From an uncultured Candidatus Saccharibacteria bacterium (GTDB taxonomy: Bacteria; Patescibacteriota; Saccharimonadia; Saccharimonadales; UBA7683), in the NCBI GenBank assembly GCA_964424985.1, contig CAYRKQ010000002.1:13680-77679 (forward strand): a stretch of 64,000 nt of DNA, in the 5' to 3' direction. Below the pieces are notes generated by a model. The model saw only the letters and a list, made by a program, of their open reading frames with translations, made no database searches and was not told the origin of the DNA. The translations under genes were made by a program, and so were the position numbers. Shown here piece after piece: positions 9,316 to 19,984 of this stretch; positions within the stretch are counted from its first letter, which is position 1, and the number at the start of each line of letters is the position of its first letter.

Positions 9316-9585
9316 TTAGATTGTAATGCCAACAGGCAAGTAAAAACTGATGAACGTTGCGGCGAGTAAAACGGCGTATTCTATCTTACGATCTATCTGA
9401 AAATGTTCGTGCGAGGCAAAGAATAAACCTAGAATGAGGCCAAGAGGGATGCTAACGTGCTCAACCGACCCAAAAGAGACGTTCTCGAGGCGTACCCAAA
9501 AGGTGCCAAGAATAAAGAAAAGAACCAGTTTCAGAAAGTAAGTTGAATCTGATTCTTTTCGCGTCTTAGTTTTTCTTTTTACCAT
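9316..9585 (-). CDS. Small hypothetical membrane protein, 89 aa with two predicted TM segments
   Basis: Hydrophobic stretches LKLVLFFILGTFWV and IPLGLILGLFFA. It is inserted between rpsJ and rplC. Confidence 0.5.
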   Translation of the reverse strand: MVKRKTKTRKESDSTYFLKLVLFFILGTFWVRLENVSFGSVEHVSIPLGLILGLFFASHEHFQIDRKIEYAVLLAATFISFYLPVGITI

Positions 9586-9652
9586 TATGCTAATGATTAA
9601 AACACAGTTTTACAACGAAGTAAAAGCGTCGGAGAATGACAGAACGTAGAGC

Positions 9653-9916
9653 CTAAACGTGTTTTTTACCAGTAATGGCGCCTTTGATGAGCAAGAGTAT
9701 GATTGCACCGGCGACTGCTACAAAGAAGCTTTGAAAGTTAAAGCCCGTAACTCCCGTGCCATCAAAGAGGAAACCCGAAAGCCAGCCACCCAGCGCTGCA
9801 CCGACGATGCCGACAACAATATTACCGACAGCTCCTTGCTCGTCGTTCGTTTTAAGAATAAGTGATGCAATCCAGCCTGCAATTGCTCCAAAAATGATCC
9901 AACTGATAATACCCAT
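9653..9916 (-). CDS. GlsB/YeaQ/YmgE family transglycosylase-associated membrane protein
   Basis: 87 aa, MGIISWIIFGAIAGWIASLI...GIVGAALGGWLSGFLF, typical of the YeaQ/YmgE family. Confidence 0.65.
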   Translation of the reverse strand: MGIISWIIFGAIAGWIASLILKTNDEQGAVGNIVVGIVGAALGGWLSGFLFDGTGVTGFNFQSFFVAVAGAIILLLIKGAITGKKHV

Positions 9917-10058
9917 ACGCCCTCCTTATGTTAATGCTTATATTGTACTCCTTGGTGTCAAGCAAAACCAGTGCGGTGATTTTCAATTTTGCAATTTCTA
10001 ATTCATTTTGATTTCAGCGCCTGCCCGCCATACTAGGCAGGCGGGTCGCAGCAATTTC

Positions 10059-10382
10059 TTAATTCATCTTTATCTCTGCATCGCAGCCTGCGGGCAAAGA
10101 TAGGTTCATCAATGAATCAACGGTTTTAGGTGTTGGCTCTAAGATGTCGATTAAGCGTTTGTGAACGCGCATTTCAAACTGCTCCATACCTTTTTTGTAG
10201 ACATGCGGGCTTTTCACTACCGTGTACTTGCTCTTACGAGTTGGCAGTGGAATCGGACCGTTGATAGTCGCCCCTGTTCTAAGGGCGGTATCGATAATCT
10301 GCTTTGCTGACTGATCAATAATTTTGTGGTCGTACGCCTTAAGACGAATACGAATCTTCTGCTTTGGTGCTACTTCTGACAT
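10059..10382 (-). CDS. rpsJ: 30S ribosomal protein S10
   Basis: 107 aa, [29 protein letters not shown]...HKRLIDI. Confidence 0.9.
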   Translation of the reverse strand: MSEVAPKQKIRIRLKAYDHKIIDQSAKQIIDTALRTGATINGPIPLPTRKSKYTVVKSPHVYKKGMEQFEMRVHKRLIDILEPTPKTVDSLMNLSLPAGCDAEIKMN

Positions 10383-10560
10383 GTTTTGACTCCTTCTTGC
10401 CCTCCGTAGCTTTACGCGAAGGAGGGTCGGTGTGATGTAACATCTACAAACGGCTATTGAGAGTCCGAATGACGACTTTTAGTCACCACGATTAATTTAC
10501 TAACATATTTTATAACACTTCTTGGTAAAAACAAAATGGTCTACTTGACCCTATCTTCTT

Positions 10561-10590
10561 ATTATAGCATACTTGTCAAGTAATTGTCAA
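10561..10590 (-). promoter_or_regulatory. Consensus promoter for rpsJ (TTGACA-N5-TTGACA-N7-TATAAT)
   Basis: The minus strand reads TTGACAattacTTGACAagtatgcTATAAT. The distal -35 sits 18 bp from the -10, giving a predicted rpsJ leader of about 170 nt. Confidence 0.6.
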
Positions 10591-10602
10591 TAATTATCTC
10601 TG

Positions 10603-10992
10603 TTATTTTGGTAAGGTAACACCAGCTTGCTTGGCGGTAATTTGTAACTGTTCGTAGGTAGTGTGGATCTTTTGTTCGAGAGTGAGCTTATTAAAACTTG
10701 GCGCACCAGCCTCTCGTTTTGCAAGCATCATATAAATTTCACGAATGTCGCCCTCAAGACCCTTTACCTGGCCTTCCAGGTTATCAAACTTACCATTTAG
10801 GTTACGTACATCAGATTTTACCTCTGCCATGTCCTGTTTTAGTACTGACACATCCTTTTTTAAGACTGAAACATCCTGTTTGAGTTCTGAAACATCCTTT
10901 TCAAGCGTGTCAAAACGCGGTACGGCAAGCGTTTCAAAGCCCTCAATCACTACTTCGCGAATTTTTTGGAGATCATCTTTTGTTAGTGACAT
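10603..10992 (-). CDS. Coiled-coil hypothetical protein with a heptad-like repeat (DVSELKQDVSVLKKDVSVLKQD)
   Basis: 129 aa predicted helical protein lying between tuf and rpsJ. It resembles the coiled-coil ORFs at 29008..29388 and 29430..29747. Confidence 0.55.
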   Translation of the reverse strand: MSLTKDDLQKIREVVIEGFETLAVPRFDTLEKDVSELKQDVSVLKKDVSVLKQDMAEVKSDVRNLNGKFDNLEGQVKGLEGDIREIYMMLAKREAGAPSFNKLTLEQKIHTTYEQLQITAKQAGVTLPK

Positions 10993-11105
10993 GTAGTTAT
11001 TTTAGCACAGAATCTAAAAGAGGTGCTCGCAATGAACACCTCTTTTTTGTTACGTTAGATCTACTATTTAGTGATCTTAGTAATGGTAGCACGAATTACG
11101 AAATG

Positions 11106-12287
11106 TTATTTCGTAATTTTCGTAACAACACCAGCACCCACGGTGCGGCCACCTTCGCGGATTGCGAAGCGGAGACCATCATCCATGGCGATTGGAGCGA
11201 GTAGCTTTACCTTGAAGGTGACAGTATCACCAGGCATAACCATCTCTTTGTCGGCTGGAAGTTCAACTTCACCAGTTACATCAGTTGTACGGAAGTAGAA
11301 CTGTGGTTTGTAACCCTTGAAGAATGGTGTGTGACGGCCACCTTCTTCTTTGGTAAGAATGTAGACTTCAGCGTCAAACTCTGTATGAGGAGTGATCGTA
11401 CCGACTTTGGCCAAAACTTGACCGCGCTCGATATCTTCACGCTCAATACCACGAAGCAAAATACCTGCGTTATCACCGGCCATACCTTTATCAAGAGATT
11501 TCTTGAAGGCCTCGATACCAGTTACCACAGACTTCTTCGTTTCACGAATACCAACAATTTCAACTTCGTCGTTGACGTTTACCACACCAGTTTCAATACG
11601 ACCGGTGGCAACCGTACCACGACCCTTAATTGAGAACACGTCTTCGATAGGCATTAGGAATGGCTTGTCAAGATCGCGAGTTGGTTCAGGAATGAAGTCG
11701 TCCATTGCCTTCACGAGCTCCATAATGGCGTCTTCGTCAGATGCTGAACCTTCCAAAGCTTTGGTAGCAGAACCTTTGATGATTGGGCAATCACGGTCGA
11801 ATTCGTACTTGGCAAGCAAGTCACGAACGTCTTCTTCAACAAGCTCAACCAATTCAGCGTCAGCCAAGTCCATTTTGTTGAGGAATACCAGAATTTTTGG
11901 CACACCAACTTGCTTGGCAAGCAGTACGTGTTCACGAGTCTGAGGCATTGGGCCATCAGCTGCTGAAACAACCAAAATGGCGCCGTCGATTTGAGCAGCA
12001 CCAGTGATCATGTTCTTCACATAGTCGGCGTGGCCTGGCATATCAACGTGAGCGTAGTGTCGCTTTTCAGTTTCATATTCCTGGTGAGACGTTGCAATGG
12101 TAATACCACGCTGTCGTTCTTCAGGTGCGTTATCGATCTGCGCGTAGTCGATTTTCTTATTAACGTCGCTTGGTAGTTTCTTCGCTAGTACAGTTGTAAT
12201 AGCTGCAGTCAAAGTGGTTTTACCGTGGTCGACGTGACCCATAGTACCAACGTTGACATGAGGCTTTGATCGATCAAAATCTGCCAT
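11106..12287 (-). CDS. tuf: Elongation factor Tu
   Basis: 393 aa, [15 protein letters not shown]...[18 protein letters not shown], a canonical EF-Tu. Confidence 0.95.
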   Translation of the reverse strand: MADFDRSKPHVNVGTMGHVDHGKTTLTAAITTVLAKKLPSDVNKKIDYAQIDNAPEERQRGITIATSHQEYETEKRHYAHVDMPGHADYVKNMITGAAQIDGAILVVSAADGPMPQTREHVLLAKQVGVPKILVFLNKMDLADAELVELVEEDVRDLLAKYEFDRDCPIIKGSATKALEGSASDEDAIMELVKAMDDFIPEPTRDLDKPFLMPIEDVFSIKGRGTVATGRIETGVVNVNDEVEIVGIRETKKSVVTGIEAFKKSLDKGMAGDNAGILLRGIEREDIERGQVLAKVGTITPHTEFDAEVYILTKEEGGRHTPFFKGYKPQFYFRTTDVTGEVELPADKEMVMPGDTVTFKVKLLAPIAMDDGLRFAIREGGRTVGAGVVTKITK

Positions 12288-12506
12288 ATATTTGTAAATC
12301 CTTTCGTATTTACATGAGTCATGAGGTTTGAGTCATGAGTCATGAAAACAGATTGTTAATTTAATGATTTGTCACGCGGTCCTTATTATTAAAGTTTGCA
12401 CTCTAACAACGCCCTCACGCGAGATACCTCACAAGTATATATTACTTTTCATCTAGTATCAAGGATTAATCTTCGATAATTATTGCAATTTCACGAACTA
12501 TAGCAA

Positions 12507-12752
12507 CTAGTACTTGGGACAAGAAGGTATGTCGGCAGCTGGGGATACAACCCCTGGGAGCAGATGGTTGCCAATTTTGCGAATCAGATTAGGCTTTGGT
12601 TCGGTGAGTGGACCCGTGCATTCATCACTGCAGCGTGTTGACTCTTCTGGAATATCTGAGAAACCGTCAACCGTTAGATCTGTTTTTCTATGTGCTTGTT
12701 CAACCAACTTTATTGGACAAACTCGCTCGTCTTGAGCACGTAATGTATCCAT
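12507..12752 (-). CDS. Hypothetical 81 aa Cys-containing protein between fusA and tuf, probably leaderless
   Basis: The ORF sits in the 500 bp fusA-tuf spacer. A TTGACA-18-TGnTATAAT promoter ends 6 nt before its ATG. Cysteines occur in CPIK, CSDEC and CPKY contexts. Confidence 0.4.
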   Translation of the reverse strand: MDTLRAQDERVCPIKLVEQAHRKTDLTVDGFSDIPEESTRCSDECTGPLTEPKPNLIRKIGNHLLPGVVSPAADIPSCPKY

Positions 12753-12758
12753 ATTTCT

Positions 12759-12789
12759 ATTATATCACACTATAACTTATTATGTCAAG
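12759..12789 (-). promoter_or_regulatory. Extended -10 consensus promoter abutting the fusA stop
   Basis: The minus strand reads TTGACAtaataagttatagtgtgaTATAATagaaatATG. It drives the 81 aa ORF and probably tuf. Confidence 0.55.
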
Positions 12790-14877
12790 TTACTTGGATC
12801 GGTTGGCGATAACGGCTTCGGCTACGTTTGGTGGAACTTCGGCGTAGTGGTCTAGTTCCATTGTGCTTGAAGCGCGGCCTTGGGTCATGGAGCGGATGTC
12901 GGTGGTGTAGCCGAACATTTCGGCGAGCGGTACGAAGGCGTCAATTACCTTGGCGTTGGAGCGGTCTTCCATGCTTTCAACGCGGCCACGACGAGAGTTA
13001 AGGTCGCCAATGACGTCACCCATGAACTCTTCAGGCACCACCACTTCAACTTTCATAATCGGTTCAAGCAGTACTGGCGCGGCTTGCTTCACACCGGCTT
13101 GCAGTGCCATTGAACCGGCAATTTTAAAGGCCATTTCGTTGGAGTCGACATCGTGGTAACTACCATCATAGAGTTCGGCTGAAATGTCTACGACCGGATA
13201 GCCGGCAATCACACCGTTACCCATCGCTTCTTTCACACCAGCTTCTACCGGCTTGATGTATTCCTGAGGGACAACACCACCTTTAATGGAGTTGATGAAT
13301 TCAAAGCCCTTGCCTGGTTCTTGCGGCCTAAGACGAAGCCAGACATCACCGTACTGACCACGGCCACCAGATTGTTTAATAAACTTACCCTGAATTTCAG
13401 TTTCTTTCTTGATAGTTTCACGGTACGCAACCTGCGGTTGGCCAATGTTGGCTTCAACTGAGAATTCACGTTTCATACGATCAACCAAGATCTCAAGGTG
13501 AAGTTCACCCATACCAGAAATAATGGTCTGGCCGGTTTCTTCGTCTGAATGCACGCGGAAAGTTGGATCTTCTTCAGCCAGACGTTGCAGGGCGAGAGCC
13601 ATCTTTTCTTGATCGGCCTTGGTTTTTGGCTCAATAGCAATTGAAACAGGCGGTTCAGGGAAGGTAATGCTTTCTAGAATAATTGGATTACTGAGATCAC
13701 ACAGGGTGTTACCGGTTGTTACTTTTTTAAGTCCGACAATTGCGGCAATATCACCAGCTTCAACTTCCGTGACGTCTTCCCGCTTGTCGGCATGCATACG
13801 AACCAAACGGCCAACACGCTCTTTTTCACCCGTCGTGCTATTAAGAATGTATGAGCCGGCCTCGATTTTACCCGAGTACACACGGAAGAAACAGAGCTTG
13901 CCCATAAATGGATCAGTTGCAATTTTAAAAGCAAGTGCCGCAAATGGTTGATCGTTGGCAGGCTTTCGTTCGATTTCATCGCCAGATTTCGTATGTGTAC
14001 CCCAGACAGAACCACGATCAATCGGGCTTGGCAAGAACTCAGCCATAAGGTCGAGTACTTTTTCGACAATCACACCGCGGCCATCACCACCGGTAACGAG
14101 GAAGAGCTGACCTGAAAGCACGCCTTTGCGGAGCGCGGCGCGGAAATCTTCGTTAGAAATTGATTCTTCACCTTCTTCGAGGTATTTCATCATAAGGTCA
14201 TCGTCAAATTCAACGGCAGCTTCTACAAGCAGTGAGCGAGCGTTCTTAGCCTTCTCCAGCATGTCTTCAGGAATCTCACCTTCAACGAGCTGTTTGTCAT
14301 GATATTCGGTGTAGGTATAAGCCTTCATTTCAAGAAGATCTACTACGCCGTTGATGCTTTGTTCAAAACCAATTGGAATATGGACGGCCAGTGCGCGCTT
14401 GGTAAGCCGGGCATGAATAGTTTCGAGAGATTTCCAGAAGTCACCACCAGTTTGATTGATTTTATTAATAAAGCAAACGCGTGGAACACCGTATTTATCG
14501 GCTTGTCGCCAGACGGTCTCAGATTGCGATTCCACGCCCATTTTACCGTCAAAGACAGTTACCGCACCGTCAAGCACACGAAGTGAACGCTCAACTTCAA
14601 CGGTAAAGTCAATGTGACCTGGGGTATCAATAATATTGATCTGATGACCCTTCCAAAAACAAGTAACGGCTGCAGAGGTAATAGTGATACCACGCTCTTT
14701 TTCTTGTTCCATCCAGTCGGTTGTTGCGCCGTCGCCTTCGCCACGAACAACACCAATTTTGTGGTTAATACCCGTTCGGTACAGAATACCTTCAGTAGTG
14801 GTAGTTTTACCGGCATCAATGTGCGCGATAATACCGACGTTACGTAATTTTTCTAAATCAATCTTCTTTGTTGCCAT
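12790..14877 (-). CDS. fusA: Elongation factor G
   Basis: 695 aa, [17 protein letters not shown]...[22 protein letters not shown]. Confidence 0.95.
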   Translation of the reverse strand: MATKKIDLEKLRNVGIIAHIDAGKTTTTEGILYRTGINHKIGVVRGEGDGATTDWMEQEKERGITITSAAVTCFWKGHQINIIDTPGHIDFTVEVERSLRVLDGAVTVFDGKMGVESQSETVWRQADKYGVPRVCFINKINQTGGDFWKSLETIHARLTKRALAVHIPIGFEQSINGVVDLLEMKAYTYTEYHDKQLVEGEIPEDMLEKAKNARSLLVEAAVEFDDDLMMKYLEEGEESISNEDFRAALRKGVLSGQLFLVTGGDGRGVIVEKVLDLMAEFLPSPIDRGSVWGTHTKSGDEIERKPANDQPFAALAFKIATDPFMGKLCFFRVYSGKIEAGSYILNSTTGEKERVGRLVRMHADKREDVTEVEAGDIAAIVGLKKVTTGNTLCDLSNPIILESITFPEPPVSIAIEPKTKADQEKMALALQRLAEEDPTFRVHSDEETGQTIISGMGELHLEILVDRMKREFSVEANIGQPQVAYRETIKKETEIQGKFIKQSGGRGQYGDVWLRLRPQEPGKGFEFINSIKGGVVPQEYIKPVEAGVKEAMGNGVIAGYPVVDISAELYDGSYHDVDSNEMAFKIAGSMALQAGVKQAAPVLLEPIMKVEVVVPEEFMGDVIGDLNSRRGRVESMEDRSNAKVIDAFVPLAEMFGYTTDIRSMTQGRASSTMELDHYAEVPPNVAEAVIANRSK

Positions 14878-14880
14878 GTA

Positions 14881-15201
14881 TTAATTTCCTTTAATCTCTA
14901 CTTTTGATATCGTTTCCTGGTTTGCTTGGCGCATATTTTCACATATTCTCCATGTAGCAGTCACATTGGTGCCACTATATTGTTCCGTGCCCTCTTCCCA
15001 CCTTGTTATCACAGTTCTTTGAACTGAAGTAGAAAAACCTTTTTCGCCTAACTGTTTGGCCGTTTCTTCAGATATTTCTATTCGCTCATATTGGGGAGTG
15101 ATAACACAACCCTTGTCAACAATAGTGCCTGACTCGACTCTTGTACACATCAAGCCTTGATCAGGGGGACTATACGGACATGGAGTCTCGTGAGTAGTCA
15201 T
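14881..15201 (-). CDS. Hypothetical Cys-rich protein of about 106 aa embedded between rpsG and fusA
   Basis: An ATG at 15201 lies immediately after the rpsG TAA, with an AAGGT Shine-Dalgarno 6 nt upstream. The stop is 3 nt before the fusA ATG. There are five Cys (CPYSPP, MCTR, GCVI, RICEN). No recognisable family. Confidence 0.45.
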   Translation of the reverse strand: MTTHETPCPYSPPDQGLMCTRVESGTIVDKGCVITPQYERIEISEETAKQLGEKGFSTSVQRTVITRWEEGTEQYSGTNVTATWRICENMRQANQETISKVEIKGN

Positions 15202-15202
15202 A

Positions 15203-15682
15203 TTAGAACCTTGCGAAGTGAGCGAAGGCACGGTTGGCGTCGGCCATCTTGTGGGTGTCTTCTTTTTTCTTTACTGCTGATCCGGCCATGTTATGAGCGT
15301 CGACGATCTCGCTTGAAAGGCGTTTCCAGTACGGCATCCCTTTTCGAGAGCGGGCTGCGGTAACAAACCACATCATACCAAGGTGAGTTTTTCGGTGGCC
15401 TTCAACAGGAAATGGCACTTGGTAGTTGGCGCCACCAACTCGGCGACCTTTTACTTCAACTGATGGAAATACGTTTTTCAGAGACTCTTCAAGAGCTTGA
15501 AGTGGGTCTTCAATCTTGAGTTTCTTGGCAGCATCTTCCATAGCCATGTAGACAGCTTTTTCAGCCGAAGCCTTTTTGCCATCTACCATAGACTTGTTTA
15601 TAAGGCGCTGAACAAGTACTGAATCATACTTACGATCAGGATCTGGGTTAACTTGCAGTGATTTAGTCTTTTTCCTAGGCAT
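15203..15682 (-). CDS. rpsG: 30S ribosomal protein S7
   Basis: 159 aa, [42 protein letters not shown]. Confidence 0.9.
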   Translation of the reverse strand: MPRKKTKSLQVNPDPDRKYDSVLVQRLINKSMVDGKKASAEKAVYMAMEDAAKKLKIEDPLQALEESLKNVFPSVEVKGRRVGGANYQVPFPVEGHRKTHLGMMWFVTAARSRKGMPYWKRLSSEIVDAHNMAGSAVKKKEDTHKMADANRAFAHFARF

Positions 15683-16095
15683 TATTTGCTCGCTTTCTTG
15701 GTGCCGTATTTAGAGCGGCCTTGTTTGCGATCAGATACGCCTTGAAGGTCGAGGTTGCCACGAACAATGTGGTAACGAACACCTGGAAGATCTGGAACAC
15801 GTCCACCACGTACAAGTACAACAGCGTGTTCTTGCAAGTTGTGGCCTTCGCCGCCAATGTAAGCCCAGACTTCTTGTCCGTTTGAAAGTCGCACACGAGC
15901 AACTTTACGTAGAGCTGAGTTTGGCTTACGAGGTGTTTTGGTAGTTACTTTAATACAGACACCACGCTTGAATGGCGCTGGCTTCTCGTAGTTCTTGGTC
16001 TTTAGCGTGTTGGTTACTTTGCGTAATGCAGCAGTTTTCACCTTTTTGCCGGCGCTTTTACGAGGTTTTCGTACTAGTTGGTTAATGGTTGGCAT
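15682..16095 (-). CDS. rpsL: 30S ribosomal protein S12
   Basis: [13 protein letters not shown]...[24 protein letters not shown] Shine-Dalgarno precedes the ATG at 16095. The ORF track's 16101 start is a TTG two codons upstream. Confidence 0.9.
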   Translation of the reverse strand: MPTINQLVRKPRKSAGKKVKTAALRKVTNTLKTKNYEKPAPFKRGVCIKVTTKTPRKPNSALRKVARVRLSNGQEVWAYIGGEGHNLQEHAVVLVRGGRVPDLPGVRYHIVRGNLDLQGVSDRKQGRSKYGTKKASK

Positions 16096-16159
16096 CAGCA
16101 AACACCTCCGGTGTTTGTGGTAGATGGTAGTTGGTAGCTAGTATTTGGCATAGGAATTG

Positions 16160-16188
16160 ATTGTAACAGATCAGACATGTTTATGCAA
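16160..16188 (-). promoter_or_regulatory. Promoter for rpsL (TTGCAT-17-TACAAT)
   Basis: The minus strand reads TTGCATaaacatgtctgatctgtTACAAT. The -35 overlaps the rpoC stop codon. The roughly 60 nt leader carries a (CTACCA)x3 repeat. Confidence 0.5.
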
Positions 16189-19100
16189 CCTCTGCTTCTT
16201 CTAGATTTTTAGCACCGGTACCAACGGGGATCTTACGGCCAATGATGACATTTTCTTTCAAACCATAGAGGTGATCGACGCGACCACTGGTGGCAGCGTT
16301 GATTAAGACACGGGTGGTGTCTTGGAACGAGGCGGCTGAAAGGAAGCTATCTGACCAGGTTGAAACCTTAGCAATACCAAGGAGGAGTTGAGTGAATTCG
16401 ATAGGTGTTTTGCCATCAGCAGCAAGCTTAGCGTTTTCTTCAACAACCGAGGCTTTGCTGACAATATCACCAGTAACGAATAGGCTGTCGCCGCTGTCTT
16501 CAATTGAGACACGGCTGAACATCTGGCGAACAATAATTTCGAGATGCTGGTCAGCCAAGGCAACACCTTGCTGGGCAAACATACTTTGAATTTCATTGAT
16601 GATGTAGCGCTGCGTGGCTTGTACACCCTTAAGGCGCATCAGGTCGTGCAGGTTCATAGAACCGTTTGTAAGGCGATCGCCGCGAACCACGTGGTCGCCA
16701 TCAGCTACCGTGAGGACTTTATAGCCGGGAATTTCGTATTTTACTGGCGTTGAATTATGAGCGGTGAGAACGGCCTTTTTGTCGTGATATTCTACCACGG
16801 CGTCAAATGGCGCTGTCAGCGGTCGCTGCCCATCTTTGTCGGCGGCCACCACGTCACCAGCCAGAACATCTTGCCCTTTCTTAAGAGCCGGTTTGCGGCC
16901 ATCAAGTTCAAATGCTTCAATGCGGGCTTCGCTTGGAGTAATTTGCAAGACGTAATGATTGCCCTCTTCCCAAATGCTGACATCACCTTCGAGATCTGCC
17001 AAGAAGGCCTGACTCTTCGGCATGCGTGCCTCAAGAAGCTCCTCGACACGAGGAAGACCCTGGGTTACGTCATCGGCACTTGCCGCACCAGCGGTGTGCT
17101 TGGTACGCATAGTAAGCTGGGTACCCGGCTCACCCACCGATTGAGCAGCAATCACACCAACCGGCTGGAAGGCTTTGACCACTTCGCCGTTGGCTTTGTC
17201 GACACCGTAACTCTTCGGGCTAATGCCACGTAGGTTTTGAGCAGTCAGGACGCTGCGGATGACTACTTCGGGAATATCACTTTGGTTAATGGCTTCAGCG
17301 GCTTCTTCGGTAATAAGCTCGTCTGCCTTAACCAGTGTTTTACCATCAATTTTAATTGCTTTTGAGGCAAAGCGGCCTTGTACACGTGAACCAAGCTGCA
17401 TGCCAACGGCTTCAGCTTCAGAACGGTAGACAATAAAGCCGGGATCTTCGCACTCATCTTCAACCGTAAACATATCTTGTGCCACATCAACCATACGACG
17501 GGTCAGGTAACCTGAGTCGGCCGTACGGAGGGCGGTGTCAATTAGACCCTTACGTGAACCACGGGTATCAACGAAGTATTCAATTGGTGAAAGACCCTTT
17601 TTGTAGTTGCTTCGAATTGGGAGCTCAACTTCGCGACCAACAGCATCCACCACCAGACCCTTCATACCAGATACCTGTTTGATCTGAGAGGTGCTACCAC
17701 GAGCACCAGAGATCATCGCGATAGAAATACCGGTATCAACGTTGTTGTAGGCTTCAACGAGCTTGGCCTGTGCCTCTTCGTCAACTTGTCGCCAGGTGTT
17801 CACTGTGAGGCGGTAACGTTCTTCTTCGCTGATAAGACCCTGTTCGTACTGGTCGGAAATGGCGGAAGCTTTCACCTCACCACCATCGATGAGCTTGTCG
17901 AGACCTTCAAGGTCAATGTAGTCATCCATACCAGTTGAAATACCAGCAAAAGTCGCGTAGCTAAAGCCGAGGCGTTTTAATTCATCAGCAATTTCAGCCG
18001 TTTTCTCACTGCCGTACTTGGCAAAGACCTTACCCATGACACTGACTAACTTTTTCTTGGTCATGACATCATCTTGGAACGGAAAGTCCTCAGGCAGGAT
18101 GCCATTAAAGAGCAGTCTACCGAGGGTGGTGGTAATGGTCTGCCCTCTAAAGTGAGTGCGGACGCGGCTTTGCAGCTTAATTTTATCTGCTTCCAGTGCC
18201 AAAATACCTTCGTCAAGATTCGAGATAGGCACGGCTTTATCAGTAGTCACGCCTGGTTTTTCGTAGGTGAGGTAGTAACAGCCCAGGACAATATCTTGCT
18301 CAATGTGCAAAATTGGTGTTCCATCGGCTGGCTTCAGAAGGTTCTTGCTAGCCTGCATTAAGTCGGCTGCTTCTTTTTGGGCAGCATCGGAAAGCGGTAA
18401 GTGAACTGCCATTTGGTCACCATCGAAGTCAGCGTTGAAACCTTTACACACAAGTGGGTGAAGTTGAATTGCCTTACCTTCAATAAGTTTTGGCTGGAAG
18501 GCTAACACTGAAAGACGGTGTAGTGTCGGCGCACGGTTAAGTAGTACGTACTTTCCTTGAATGACTTCATCGAGCGCATCCCACACAATGCTTTCGCTTG
18601 CTTCAATCAAACGGGTAGCATTCTTGATGTTATGAGCGTATTCATGCTGCATCAACCAGCCAATGACGAATGGCTTGAAGAGCTCCAACGCCATGAGCTT
18701 TGGCAGCCCACACTGGTTAATAAGCAGTTCTGGACCAGAAACAATCACTGAACGTCCCGAGTAATCAACGCGCTTACCAAGAAGGTTTTGGCGGAAACGA
18801 CCGTGTTTACCTTTAAGCATATCGCTGAGTGATTTCAGGCGACGACGGCCGCCGGTAGCACTCACGGCGCGTCCGGAACGAGCGGCGGAGTTGTCAATTA
18901 AGGCGTCAACGGCCTCTTGCAACATACGTTGTTCGTTACGTCGAATGACTTCAGGAGCGTTAAGATCAACCAACTTTTTCAGTCGGTTGTTACGGTTAAT
19001 AACCCGTCGGTACAGATCGTTCATGTCGCTGGTGGCAAAACGGCCACCAGTTAGCTGCACCATCGGGCGCAGATCCGGAGGAATAACGGGTAGAATCGTC

Positions 19101-19984
19101 ACACACATGCTGCCTGGTTCAATACCAGCTTGTTGCATGCTCTCTAGCACCTTCAGACGCTTCATGAGTTTCTTTTTGCGTTGGCCTTTGGCCGTTTCGG
19201 CTTCTTCGGTCAATTCTTCGGTTAGTTTTGTGAGGTCAATTTCGTCAAGCAGCTCTTTAATAGCGTTGCCACCCATGCCAACGCGGACAATAGCGCGGTA
19301 TGAATCGGGGAGGTTTCGGTAGTCAGTTTCGGAAATTAAACCACATTTTACTAAGCTATCGAGTTGCTGCTTCTTTTCAAGATACTCAGCAGTAACCTCG
19401 TCAATTTCTTTGGAGTGAGCTTCGGCAATCGCTTTTAGATCCGTGCCTTCTTTTTCGGCTTCAGCCTCGTAACGAGTCTTGATGGCTACTTTAGCGGCCT
19501 CAAGTTCAGCTTCAGCATCTTTATACAGTTGTGCCTTTTTCTCTTCATCAACCGCTACAAACACGTACGAAGCAAAGTAGATAATTCGCTCCAGGTTTTT
19601 AACGGTGATGCCCAGCAGCAAGCCAATCGGGCTCGGTGTGCCACGAAGGAACCAAATGTGAGCAACTGGTGAAGCCAGGGTGATGTGCGCCATGCGTTCA
19701 CGACGGACAATTGAGCGGGTAACCAGCTCACCTTTTTTATCAACGGCAGCTTCGCGTGAGCGAACGCCTTTGTATTTGGTGTCATGTGGATTAATATCTT
19801 TAACCGGGCCAAAGATTCGTTCGCAGAACAAGCCATCTCGCTCAGGCTTTTGGGTTCGGTAATTAATGGTTTCTGGTTTTGTAACCTCACCATAACTCCA
19901 GTCAAGAATATCTTTCGGGCTTGCTACGACCAGTTTTACTGCATCGAAATCAGTCATATTGATACCAGTTGAAGCGTGATTCAT
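16181..19984 (-). CDS. rpoC: DNA-directed RNA polymerase subunit beta'
   Basis: 1267 aa with the [12 protein letters not shown] catalytic motif. Its start overlaps the rpoB stop as TAATG. Confidence 0.95.
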   Translation of the reverse strand: MNHASTGINMTDFDAVKLVVASPKDILDWSYGEVTKPETINYRTQKPERDGLFCERIFGPVKDINPHDTKYKGVRSREAAVDKKGELVTRSIVRRERMAHITLASPVAHIWFLRGTPSPIGLLLGITVKNLERIIYFASYVFVAVDEEKKAQLYKDAEAELEAAKVAIKTRYEAEAEKEGTDLKAIAEAHSKEIDEVTAEYLEKKQQLDSLVKCGLISETDYRNLPDSYRAIVRVGMGGNAIKELLDEIDLTKLTEELTEEAETAKGQRKKKLMKRLKVLESMQQAGIEPGSMCVTILPVIPPDLRPMVQLTGGRFATSDMNDLYRRVINRNNRLKKLVDLNAPEVIRRNEQRMLQEAVDALIDNSAARSGRAVSATGGRRRLKSLSDMLKGKHGRFRQNLLGKRVDYSGRSVIVSGPELLINQCGLPKLMALELFKPFVIGWLMQHEYAHNIKNATRLIEASESIVWDALDEVIQGKYVLLNRAPTLHRLSVLAFQPKLIEGKAIQLHPLVCKGFNADFDGDQMAVHLPLSDAAQKEAADLMQASKNLLKPADGTPILHIEQDIVLGCYYLTYEKPGVTTDKAVPISNLDEGILALEADKIKLQSRVRTHFRGQTITTTLGRLLFNGILPEDFPFQDDVMTKKKLVSVMGKVFAKYGSEKTAEIADELKRLGFSYATFAGISTGMDDYIDLEGLDKLIDGGEVKASAISDQYEQGLISEEERYRLTVNTWRQVDEEAQAKLVEAYNNVDTGISIAMISGARGSTSQIKQVSGMKGLVVDAVGREVELPIRSNYKKGLSPIEYFVDTRGSRKGLIDTALRTADSGYLTRRMVDVAQDMFTVEDECEDPGFIVYRSEAEAVGMQLGSRVQGRFASKAIKIDGKTLVKADELITEEAAEAINQSDIPEVVIRSVLTAQNLRGISPKSYGVDKANGEVVKAFQPVGVIAAQSVGEPGTQLTMRTKHTAGAASADDVTQGLPRVEELLEARMPKSQAFLADLEGDVSIWEEGNHYVLQITPSEARIEAFELDGRKPALKKGQDVLAGDVVAADKDGQRPLTAPFDAVVEYHDKKAVLTAHNSTPVKYEIPGYKVLTVADGDHVVRGDRLTNGSMNLHDLMRLKGVQATQRYIINEIQSMFAQQGVALADQHLEIIVRQMFSRVSIEDSGDSLFVTGDIVSKASVVEENAKLAADGKTPIEFTQLLLGIAKVSTWSDSFLSAASFQDTTRVLINAATSGRVDHLYGLKENVIIGRKIPVGTGAKNLEEAEVA

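Noticed and set aside
10021-10048. Intrinsic terminator after rpsJ
   Set aside because: The hairpin is GC-rich but imperfect and lacks a downstream U-tract on the transcribed strand. It is reported only as a stem-loop.
16757-17233. 158 aa ORF on the plus strand
   Set aside because: Antisense within rpoC.
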